Made by a program: the position numbers and the translations under genes
Part shown: in pieces, positions 30,927 to 39,065 of the stretch
Layout of the letters: the number at the start of each line of letters is the position of its first letter
Position numbering within the stretch: the stretch's first letter is position 1
Assembly: GCA_964560525.1 (NCBI GenBank)
Contig: CAZLLO010000001.1
Span: forward strand, 78,651-142,650
Length of the DNA stretch: 64,000 nucleotides
Direction of reading: 5' to 3'
Origin: an uncultured Candidatus Saccharibacteria bacterium
Lineage (GTDB): Bacteria; Patescibacteriota; Dojkabacteria; SC72
The notes under the pieces: generated by a model
The model's database searches: none
What the model was told of the DNA's origin: nothing
What the model saw: only the letters and a program-made list of their open reading frames with translations

Positions 30927-31802
30927 ATGAATCTCCGACCTATTATTGTAATTGCTGGTCCAACCGCATCAGGTAAATCAGATATTGCAATCAGACTAGC
31001 ACAAGATATCAATGGCGAGATTGTAAATGCAGATTCTAGACAAATATATTCTGAGCTATCAATTGGTACTGCAAAACCCTCAGAAGAAGAATTCTCCTCT
31101 GTTCCTCACTATCTTTTTGGACATGTTTCAGTAAAAGATGACTACAACATCTACAAATATCAAAAGGATGTATTTCAAGTTCTAGAACATATTTCTAAAG
31201 ACAAAACGCCTATTCTAGTTGGTGGAACAGGTTTGTATATCGACAGCATTATTTACAATTATGTATTAGAAGAAAACAACTTTCACAAATCTAGAAAAGA
31301 TCTATCTTTACTTAACACAAAACAATTACAATCAGAAATTCCCCAAAATATTCTTTCGAAGCTTAATAACAGTGACAGGAATAATCCTAGAAGACTAATT
31401 CGTATTATTGAGAAAGGGATTAATGATATACAAAAGAAAACCCCATTCCCTCATAAATATTTCGTAATTGATATTCCAAAAGATATTATAGAACAAAGAG
31501 TGAAAGAACGTATTGAAACTATGTTCACGAAAGGATTGATAGAAGAAAACAAGGTACTAAGAGAACAACATTTAGAAAATTGCCCTGCTTTAAATTCAAT
31601 AGGATATTCAGAATTTAATAACTATTTTAATGGTAATAAAACAATAGAAGAGATCAAATCAGAAATATACAAAAACACTCTGAAGTATATTAAACGACAA
31701 AAGACATGGTTTAAAAGAAACTCTGAGTCAACATGGACTAATGACTACGATTTAATTCTAAAAGAATCGAAGAACCTTCTAGCGAATTTTTTATCAGCTT
31801 AA
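30927..31802 (+). CDS. miaA: tRNA dimethylallyltransferase
   Basis: GPTASGKS, DSRQIY, GTAKP, GGTGLY, KRQKTWF. Confidence 0.96.
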   Translation: MNLRPIIVIAGPTASGKSDIAIRLAQDINGEIVNADSRQIYSELSIGTAKPSEEEFSSVPHYLFGHVSVKDDYNIYKYQKDVFQVLEHISKDKTPILVGGTGLYIDSIIYNYVLEENNFHKSRKDLSLLNTKQLQSEIPQNILSKLNNSDRNNPRRLIRIIEKGINDIQKKTPFPHKYFVIDIPKDIIEQRVKERIETMFTKGLIEENKVLREQHLENCPALNSIGYSEFNNYFNGNKTIEEIKSEIYKNTLKYIKRQKTWFKRNSESTWTNDYDLILKESKNLLANFLSA

Positions 31803-32301
31803 TATCACTTACATAAAATTCAATCTTTTTAATATCAAGTGTTTTTGTAACCCTGTATAAATCCTTAGATATATTGGTATATTCCTGTTTGCTAAGATCC
31901 TCACTTACTCTCCCCAACACAAGATGTGGAACAAAATTTCCTTGATCCTTAATACCTAATAGTTTCCTTAGCTCAAGAAGCAAGTTTCTCATTTCCTCAC
32001 CTCCTGTTTCAAGATCGAGGTAGATTAATTCTTTATATTTCTTGGATATCCCTATCTTCACAGTATGGAAAGTTATCTTAAAGGGCTTCATCTGAAACCC
32101 TTTAAGCTTATACCTTAACCAATACAATCTAAAAAATGGAAGACTATGTCCCAAAGACAAAAGGTGAAGATTATATCCTTGCGAATTACTCCATCTAACA
32201 GGGATTTGTAAATCATTAAATACATGACCTATTTCACCTACCACCTTTTTAATTTTCTGAGTACTTTCCTCATCAGGACAAAACCCTAAGAAAAATTCCA
32301 T
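31738..32301 (-). CDS. 2H phosphoesterase (ThpR/LigT-like) with degenerate motifs
   Basis: VRW...NLHLLSLG and FVPHLVLGR align to the two HxT motifs. Confidence 0.7.
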   Translation of the reverse strand: MEFFLGFCPDEESTQKIKKVVGEIGHVFNDLQIPVRWSNSQGYNLHLLSLGHSLPFFRLYWLRYKLKGFQMKPFKITFHTVKIGISKKYKELIYLDLETGGEEMRNLLLELRKLLGIKDQGNFVPHLVLGRVSEDLSKQEYTNISKDLYRVTKTLDIKKIEFYVSDIKLIKNSLEGSSILLELNRSH

Positions 32302-32305
32302 ATCT

Positions 32306-33577
32306 TTATGCCGAAATCTTATCTATCCCACCCATAAATGGTCTCAGAACCTCAGGTATAGTTATGCTTCCATCAGCTTGTTGATATGCCTCTACCAAAG
32401 CAACCATTAACCTACTTGTGGCTAAACCTGACCCATTAAGGGTATGCATATACTTTGGCTTACTTCCATCAGTTGGTTTGTATTTCATATTTCCTCTCCT
32501 AGCTTGATAGTCAGTAACGTTAGAAACAGAACTTACCTCGTAGTATGTATCCAATGAAGGCATATATACTTCGATATCATATGTTCTAGCCGCACCCGCA
32601 GAACAATCACCTGCAGCAAGCTTAACAACTCTGTAATGAAGACCTAACTTTGTAACAAGGTCTTCCGCTTTTGCTACTAGCTCTTCAAACGCTTCTTTTG
32701 ATTTATCCTCAGCAGTAAACTGATACATCTCAACCTTGTTAAATTGGTGTACCCTAATTAATCCTTTTTCATTTGCTCTGTAAGTACCTGCTTCTCTTCT
32801 GTAACAAGGAGTATATGCAAAGAACTTCTTTGGGAGCTCTTTCTCATCAAGAACAGAATCTCTATATATATTGGTCAGAACAGTTTCAGCAGTAGGAATC
32901 AAACATAGCCCATCTTGTACCCAATATACATCATCTTTAAATTTTGGAAGCTGTCCTGCAGTATATGCAGATTGCTCAACGACCAAATTAGGTGGAATGA
33001 TCATTTCATATCCAGACTTATTATGTTCTGATATGAAGAAATTAATCAAAGCCCACTCCAATTGAGCACCCAATCCCCTATACATAGAGAAATTAGTTCC
33101 TGAAACCTTTGATGCAGTTTCAAAATCAAACATATTTAAATTCTTCCCTAGTTCAACATGGTCTTTAATTGGGAAATCAAAAGTAGGTTTCTCTCCAACC
33201 ATCTTTATAACTTGGTTACTTTCTTTACCTCCAGCTACAACATCTTCCTCAGGGATGTTTGGCAAAACATCCATCTTCTGTTTTAGTTCTGCTTCTACAT
33301 TTCGAAGCTCCCCCTCTAGATTCTTTACCTCTTCTGATTTAGCCTTAAGGTCTACAACTAGTTGTTTAAATTCATCACCTCCCTTTTCTATTTTTGCCAT
33401 CTTCTCATTGAACGCATTCTGCTCTCCTCGTTTAGCATCATACTGTGTTTGTAATTGCTTTCTCTTTTCATACAAATCAACAATACTCTTTAAGTCCAGT
33501 TTCTCAACTTCCATTCTCTTCAGAAGCCCCTTCTCAACAACATCTCTTTCTTCAATTATTTTTTTAATATCTATCAT
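32306..33577 (-). CDS. serS: Serine--tRNA ligase
   Basis: LIPTAE, CYRREAG, RVHQFNKVE, HTLNGSGLA. Confidence 0.97.
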   Translation of the reverse strand: MIDIKKIIEERDVVEKGLLKRMEVEKLDLKSIVDLYEKRKQLQTQYDAKRGEQNAFNEKMAKIEKGGDEFKQLVVDLKAKSEEVKNLEGELRNVEAELKQKMDVLPNIPEEDVVAGGKESNQVIKMVGEKPTFDFPIKDHVELGKNLNMFDFETASKVSGTNFSMYRGLGAQLEWALINFFISEHNKSGYEMIIPPNLVVEQSAYTAGQLPKFKDDVYWVQDGLCLIPTAETVLTNIYRDSVLDEKELPKKFFAYTPCYRREAGTYRANEKGLIRVHQFNKVEMYQFTAEDKSKEAFEELVAKAEDLVTKLGLHYRVVKLAAGDCSAGAARTYDIEVYMPSLDTYYEVSSVSNVTDYQARRGNMKYKPTDGSKPKYMHTLNGSGLATSRLMVALVEAYQQADGSITIPEVLRPFMGGIDKISA

Positions 33578-33637
33578 CTATATATTTCTTTAATTTAAAT
33601 CTATACACAAGTTTTGAAAAGTAATTAATTCGTCCTC

Positions 33638-33685
33638 CTAGAGGACGGATGATGGTGATGAATTAACGCAAAAATATATTCTCAT
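33638..33685 (-). promoter_or_regulatory. Putative serS leader peptide (MRIYFCVNSSPSSVL) overlapping a GC hairpin
   Basis: ATG...TCA TCA CCA TCA TCC GTC CTC TAG; stop codon lies in the loop of CGTCCTC/GAGGACG. Confidence 0.6.
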
Positions 33686-33727
33686 ACCTTGTTTATTATA
33701 TTCTCCAAACTTGGTATTATCAAGAAT

Positions 33728-34732
33728 ATGCAAACTTACAACAAGAAATTTAAACAATTAATACAAAAATCTAAGAATATTTTAATACTTACACACAAAA
33801 GCCCTGATGTAGATGCTTTCTGTAGCATGATTATGATGAAGAAATTCTTAGAATATACATTTCCTAAGAAGAATGTAGTTATGAAAGCAAGACAAATGCC
33901 TGGTCTAAGTCTTCCTTGTATGAAAGAAATAGAATTAGTATCCCATATTGAGAAAGGAGAAGAAGATCTGGTTATAATAACGGATGCTGGCTCGCTTCCT
34001 CAATGTTTAGATTTAGAAAAGGATCCCTTCTCAGTAGATCTAGATCATTTAGTATTTATAGACCACCATACAGAAGGAACTCCAGAAGAAAATGCTCTTA
34101 CAATTAACGAAATGAGAAGCTCTGCTTCAGAACAGGTCTTTGCGATCTTTAAAGATATTTTAGGTAGAAAATTTAAGCTTCCTAAAGAGATTGCAGAATT
34201 AACACAGTATGGGATTGTTGCTGATACTGGACGATTTATATATTCAGGCACAACACCAGATACTTTACGAATTTTTGCCGATGCAAAAGAAGTTTCAAGT
34301 GTAGAGCTTGAGGAAATGTCTTACAAAATTGGTAAATTCCCAAGGGAAGCTACAGAGGCTATTATTGTGTATCTTAAAACTCTTACAATACAAAAGGATA
34401 TGGCATACATGTATATATCAAAAGACATGATAGTTGAAAATAATCTTGGAAAAACGGGCGTAAATGAAGCTCAAAGCTTCCTTAGAGATAAATATATAAG
34501 GTTTATACAAGGAGTACATTGGGGATTCATAATTAAGCCAGATTTTGATAATGAGGATACTTGGTTTGTATCATTTAGAGGGACCAAGGGTTATCAGGAT
34601 GTTGGTAAAATCGCAAAGTTACTTGGTGGTGGTGGACATGAATTTGCATCTGCTTCACCCATTAAAGCAAAAACTGTTGAAGAAGCATTACAGCTTGTGC
34701 TTAACGCTATAGAGAAATCTGAAACCGTTTAA
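33728..34732 (+). CDS. DHH/DHHA1 phosphoesterase (NrnA-like)
   Basis: HKSPDVDA, IDHH, GIVADTG, GGGGH. Confidence 0.9.
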   Translation: MQTYNKKFKQLIQKSKNILILTHKSPDVDAFCSMIMMKKFLEYTFPKKNVVMKARQMPGLSLPCMKEIELVSHIEKGEEDLVIITDAGSLPQCLDLEKDPFSVDLDHLVFIDHHTEGTPEENALTINEMRSSASEQVFAIFKDILGRKFKLPKEIAELTQYGIVADTGRFIYSGTTPDTLRIFADAKEVSSVELEEMSYKIGKFPREATEAIIVYLKTLTIQKDMAYMYISKDMIVENNLGKTGVNEAQSFLRDKYIRFIQGVHWGFIIKPDFDNEDTWFVSFRGTKGYQDVGKIAKLLGGGGHEFASASPIKAKTVEEALQLVLNAIEKSETV

Positions 34733-34735
34733 TTA

Positions 34736-35548
34736 TTATCCTCCTGCACTTACATATTTCTTAACATTTTGTTTCCATACCCACTGGCTAAAGTTTAGAA
34801 ACAAGATTGCAATACCTAAACCCACAAGTAATAGATATATGCTTCCACGACCAATCAAGAGATTTGCTGGGAGAGTCGTTATAAATCCAATAGGTAGCAA
34901 TGTGTACCAAATAAATTGAAGTGATTCCCCATATATATTTACAGGGTATCTAGTTAAACCTAAGAGTTCCTTTGTTATTGCTAGAAATCCATTTCTTGGA
35001 TGAGAAACTGTAAAACTAGCAAAGAAGAGATAGAATGCATACCAAAGCATTAACCCAATTATAATACCAACGATACACAATATTACACCCCAAATAGTAA
35101 GAGTACTCCATTGTTGGACAACATAATAAGCTATCAAGGCAACACCTGCTAAAGATGATATCCAGTTATATACAGAGAACTCGCAAAATGAAGCAAGCCA
35201 AGAGGATGATAGTGGTTTTAACAATACGAAATCGAAATCCCCCTCTACTATTTTTCTTTCTAGATAATCCAAATTTACACCAAATAATGCCCATCCTGAA
35301 TAATTCAGAAGATTCCACAACCCCATAACCAAATATGCTTCTGTCTTGGTCCATCCAATGTATATTTCTTGGTTTCCAAATACAAGATTAAGCAAAAGTA
35401 CTTGGATACCAACAAGAAGTATCGTACGTGATAATCTTACAATAATCTCAGATTTGTATGCATTACTCTTTTTAGTGCTTGCTTTAAGGTTCAAGAACCA
35501 AATCTTGAGATAGTAAAAAATTGTATTTCTAAATGCCCTCCGCTGCAT
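34736..35548 (-). CDS. ABC-2 family transporter permease
   Basis: GWT, GDFDFVLLKP, RYPVNIY. Confidence 0.85.
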   Translation of the reverse strand: MQRRAFRNTIFYYLKIWFLNLKASTKKSNAYKSEIIVRLSRTILLVGIQVLLLNLVFGNQEIYIGWTKTEAYLVMGLWNLLNYSGWALFGVNLDYLERKIVEGDFDFVLLKPLSSSWLASFCEFSVYNWISSLAGVALIAYYVVQQWSTLTIWGVILCIVGIIIGLMLWYAFYLFFASFTVSHPRNGFLAITKELLGLTRYPVNIYGESLQFIWYTLLPIGFITTLPANLLIGRGSIYLLLVGLGIAILFLNFSQWVWKQNVKKYVSAGG

Positions 35549-36353
35549 ATTTCTTGATAGATTTTGTAAATAGAATATGATAAAGAACATATAGAACAAC
35601 TAACCAAATACCTGCAATAATAAAACCAAGGCTGATATCATAATTTGTCATTCTCCCAAGTAAAATCTCCAATGGGAATGAAAGTGTATATCTGAGAGGA
35701 AGAATCTGAACTATATACAGGAATACAAGGGGTAACACTACGAGGGGGGCAAATTCTCCAGAAAGAATAGTTGTAAGATTGTAATAGAATGTTCTCATAC
35801 CATCCATGTTCTTATTATAAAAAGATAAAAGAGTAAAGATATTCCCGAGCATAAAATTTATTAAAAAGCCAAGGATAATCGCCAATATCGAAAGGGATAT
35901 TAGATATGGATTGAAGTCTACAATCCATAAGTTAAGCTTCATGGTTATTAATATTCCTATCACAAATGCAGGAATAGAAACAACTAATCTGAACAAATTT
36001 GCCCCTATATTGCTTCCCAGATATTCTGTTAAATACGAAAATGGTTTAAGTAAAAGATTCGAGAATTTACCATTCAGTATAGCTCTCACACCATTCTCTG
36101 GAGTGATATCTCTTGTTAATTTGGAAACAAGGAGCATAAGTACATAATAAGAAACAATGTATCCAATATCTGTATACCTAGTAAATTTCACAGAAGCCGC
36201 CCATACAAAGCAAAGTCCTACAATCTTAATAGTATCTGCAATAATCCACATGATTAATTGCTCCTTGTGCATAAATTCTTGGGAGAAAAACATCCCTATT
36301 TCCTTCTTTAATATAATTTTGAAATTATTTCTTTTGTTTTTCTCTTCTTTCAT
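35529..36353 (-). CDS. ABC-2 family transporter permease
   Basis: GKFSNLLLKP, LSGEFAPL, LPLRY..SFP. Confidence 0.85.
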   Translation of the reverse strand: MKEEKNKRNNFKIILKKEIGMFFSQEFMHKEQLIMWIIADTIKIVGLCFVWAASVKFTRYTDIGYIVSYYVLMLLVSKLTRDITPENGVRAILNGKFSNLLLKPFSYLTEYLGSNIGANLFRLVVSIPAFVIGILITMKLNLWIVDFNPYLISLSILAIILGFLINFMLGNIFTLLSFYNKNMDGMRTFYYNLTTILSGEFAPLVVLPLVFLYIVQILPLRYTLSFPLEILLGRMTNYDISLGFIIAGIWLVVLYVLYHILFTKSIKKYAAEGI

Positions 36354-36696
36354 TCTCTAGTTCTTTTACTTTCCACATAAATATTTTACTTTTATCTTTT
36401 GCATTAGGATAATCTATCGTAAAGCTATATGCCATTTCTAATATTGCTCTTGGTTTCTCCTTTGCCCATTTAATATACATAGTAGCTCTTTGCTTGTCTT
36501 CTAACTTCCCAGCTAATCTAAGCCCATACATTTGATACTCTGTAGAGATATATTTATGTTTGTTATCAAATAGCTTATTTGTATTTGTTGCTAACTTCTT
36601 TGTATCAAAGAGTGTATTCTGTGAAGAGCTTGTTTCATCAGCCTTGTCTTCAGCCCCTTGTTTGATTTGTTGTAACAGATCTTTGATTGATTCCAT
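36325..36696 (-). CDS. Conserved hypothetical protein (CPR-type)
   Basis: ISTEYQMYGLRLA...YIKWAK...IFMWK helical domain; stop overlaps the next gene. Confidence 0.7.
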   Translation of the reverse strand: MESIKDLLQQIKQGAEDKADETSSSQNTLFDTKKLATNTNKLFDNKHKYISTEYQMYGLRLAGKLEDKQRATMYIKWAKEKPRAILEMAYSFTIDYPNAKDKSKIFMWKVKELENERREKQKK

Positions 36697-36733
36697 ATGT
36701 TAATGATAACAGAAATAGATAGATTATTTCATA

Positions 36734-36762
36734 TTGACCTATAATATCCACAATGATATGAT
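36734..36762 (+). promoter_or_regulatory. Sigma70-type promoter
   Basis: TTGACC-N17-TATGAT. Confidence 0.65.
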
Positions 36763-36768
36763 TCATTT

Positions 36769-37074
36769 GTTTTTAAAAGATCTTTTACACAAAACTCCCC
36801 TTGACTATGTCGCCTAATGATAAGGGCTCTGCTTTCTACAGCATAGTACTGAGGCATTATTGCTTCATAGTTAGATACACTTCCTGGGTTCTTGAACATT
36901 GTGAGATATCTCTTCTCCCCGTTCAGGGACAAAAACACTGGATAATACATTCTTCAACATCAAAGCTTCTTCCTGGGCAGGTAGGAATGCATTTGTTGCG
37001 TGCGAGAATCAAAAACCAGTGTCAATGAGCCAATCCTCAGATAGTAATATTTACCCTGAGGATTGGCCTTTTTT
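36769..37074 (+). ncRNA. Candidate structured ncRNA (alternative: 73-aa ORF 36807-37028)
   Basis: Bounded by a promoter and a terminator; several hairpins with G-U pairs on +. Confidence 0.4.
37029..37074 (+). terminator. Intrinsic terminator
   Basis: GCCAATCCTCAG/CTGAGGATTGGC 12-bp stem followed by T6. Confidence 0.85.
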
Positions 37075-37075
37075 A

Positions 37076-37104
37076 TTGTTTTTCAACAAATGTTGGTATA
37101 TAAT
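37076..37104 (+). promoter_or_regulatory. Sigma70-type promoter
   Basis: TTGTTT-N17-TATAAT. Confidence 0.55.
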
Positions 37105-37133
37105 CATTCCTGTTCATTCCCAATTTGATAAAT

Positions 37134-37254
37134 TGAAGATTCCCGTAGACAAAAGAGTTTCAACACTTTCGCTCTTCTATCGTAAAAGATAGATGTACTT
37201 ACAGAGCAATGAAAGTAAAACCGTTTCGGTTATTAATCTATGTGAGAATCTTCA
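37134..37254 (+). ncRNA. 6S-like rod-shaped RNA candidate
   Basis: TGAAGATTC/GAATCTTCA closing stem, central bubble, inner stems ACTTTC/GAAAGT, GCTCT/AGAGC, TCTATC/GATAGA. Confidence 0.5.
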
Positions 37255-37260
37255 TCCCTG

Positions 37261-37332
37261 GCCCCTGTAGCTGAATATTAATAATATAACCATATTATTA
37301 AACTACAATGAGTTCAAACCTCATCAGGGGCA
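37261..37332 (+). ncRNA. tRNA-like element (acceptor stem plus T-arm, no canonical D or anticodon arm)
   Basis: GCCCCTG-TAGCT...ATGAG-TTCAAAC-CTCAT-CAGGGGC-A. Confidence 0.65.
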
Positions 37333-37403
37333 TCTAAAATTGTCCAGCCTCTTCTTGCCACTACGGCTATTCATAATATATGGATAAAAAAAGCAGAGGT
37401 TGG

Positions 37404-38957
37404 TTAATTCTTTTCAACCTTCTCTTCCTTTTTTACTGTTTCTTTGAATTTGACTTTGTCCTTGTATATCTCCTTTGTAGTATTCTCTACCTCTATTCTC
37501 ATAGGTGGGAAGAATATACCCTCTCTACCAGAAACATCTTCTAAGAACCAGAATATTCTTTCACTCTGACCATAACCACTAGTAGGTGGCATACCATATT
37601 CCAACATTTCAACAAAATCAATATCTAACATCTGAGCCTCATCGTCCCCACTCTCTCTTAAAGCCTGTTGTTCCAAGAATCTATCTAACTGATCTTGGGG
37701 ATCATTAATCTCAGAGTATCCGTTACCTAATTCACTACCCGCAATTATTACCTGGAATCTTTCTGTCAATTCAGGATTATCCTGATGTGATTTTGCTAAA
37801 GGAGAGACAAATTTAGGTTGATTCACTAAAAATGCAGGACCAGATATTGTAGCCCTAATAGCTTTCCAAAGCGTATCAATCAATCTATTTCTGTTTACTT
37901 CTCCACCCATCTCGATATGATTATCCTCGATTACCTTTAGCATTTTCTCATCCGAATCATTAAATATATCAATATCAAATCTTTCCTTAATTATTGTTGT
38001 GTAATCCAACTCTTTCCATTCATCTGCTAAATCAAATGTATGACCTCTTGTTGTAAACTTGGTTCTACCATACACCTTGTTAGCTACCTCTAAGAACAAT
38101 CTTTTTACTAAATCCATATTATCTCTGTAGTTAGCATATGCCCAATACCATTCAATATCTTGGAATTCTGGAAGATGTTCATCATCCATACCTTCATTTC
38201 TGAAGTTAGGACCAAATGTATATACCTTCTCATATCCACCACCTATTAACCTCTTTTGATACAATTCTGTAGAAATCCTTAAAAAGAAATCCTGATTTAA
38301 AGCATTATGATGTGTAACGAATGGCCTAGCATCTGCACCACCGGTTATAGCTTCCATTACAGGTACTTCAACTTCTATAAAGCCTTCGCTCCTTAAAAGA
38401 TCTCTTTGAACCTGCCAGAATTGTGCTTTCCTCTTAAACATTTCAAAAACATCTTTGTCAACAACCAAATCCAAATATCTTCTTCTAAAAATCTGCTCTT
38501 TGTTTTCTAATTTTCGTGGAATTGGTCTTAATGCTTTAGTAAGCAATCTAATATTTTTAACCATAACTGATATTTCACCTGTTTTGGTTTTACCAATAGT
38601 GCCATATACTTCTATGAAATCTGCTAAATCCAAAAGTGTAAGTTTATCAAATCCTAAATATCCCTTTGTTAGATCTTCAACCAATTCATTCTCTCTGATC
38701 ATAATCTGGATAGTTCCTGTTTGATCCATGATATTTCCAAACAAAAGCTGGCCATGTTCTCTCCAAGCTACCACTCTACCCGCAAGGCATACTTCTTGCC
38801 CTTCGTATTTCTCAAAGTTGTTCAATATTTCCCCATTTGGAAATTGTTTATATGACTTCGCAGGATATATCTCCACACCTAACTTCTTGAGTGCTTCGAT
38901 CTTTTCTAATCTTACTTGCCTTTGTCCGAGCATGTCACTCCTTTGTGTATCCTCCAT
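37404..38957 (-). CDS. lysS: Lysine--tRNA ligase (class II)
   Basis: RRRYLDL, GGADARPF, FRNEG, ELGNGYSE, YGMPPT. Confidence 0.97.
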   Translation of the reverse strand: MEDTQRSDMLGQRQVRLEKIEALKKLGVEIYPAKSYKQFPNGEILNNFEKYEGQEVCLAGRVVAWREHGQLLFGNIMDQTGTIQIMIRENELVEDLTKGYLGFDKLTLLDLADFIEVYGTIGKTKTGEISVMVKNIRLLTKALRPIPRKLENKEQIFRRRYLDLVVDKDVFEMFKRKAQFWQVQRDLLRSEGFIEVEVPVMEAITGGADARPFVTHHNALNQDFFLRISTELYQKRLIGGGYEKVYTFGPNFRNEGMDDEHLPEFQDIEWYWAYANYRDNMDLVKRLFLEVANKVYGRTKFTTRGHTFDLADEWKELDYTTIIKERFDIDIFNDSDEKMLKVIEDNHIEMGGEVNRNRLIDTLWKAIRATISGPAFLVNQPKFVSPLAKSHQDNPELTERFQVIIAGSELGNGYSEINDPQDQLDRFLEQQALRESGDDEAQMLDIDFVEMLEYGMPPTSGYGQSERIFWFLEDVSGREGIFFPPMRIEVENTTKEIYKDKVKFKETVKKEEKVEKN

Positions 38958-39065
38958 GGGAACGAATCATATAATTTAAGATAGTAGGATTATATCACAT
39001 AAAGAATCTGTCCTTACACAAGATTTTAAGATATAATCAGAAATATTAATTTCATCTGTAGACCT

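Noticed and set aside
36729-36950. 73-aa - strand ORF
   Set aside because: Opposes the + strand promoter/terminator unit and has no recognisable motif; not fully excluded
37215-37330. CTGATGAG and a later CGAAAC on the minus strand, resembling a hammerhead ribozyme core
   Set aside because: No stems I-III can be built around the core; the motif is the reverse complement of the T-arm/acceptor junction
37261-37332. tmRNA or a functional decoding tRNA
   Set aside because: No GGGG 5' end or G3-U70 pair, no tag ORF, and no 7-nt anticodon loop at the proper position
38958-39065. T-box or leader peptide for lysS/glyQS
   Set aside because: The 108-bp divergent spacer has no T-box motif and I saw no Lys- or Gly-rich uORF
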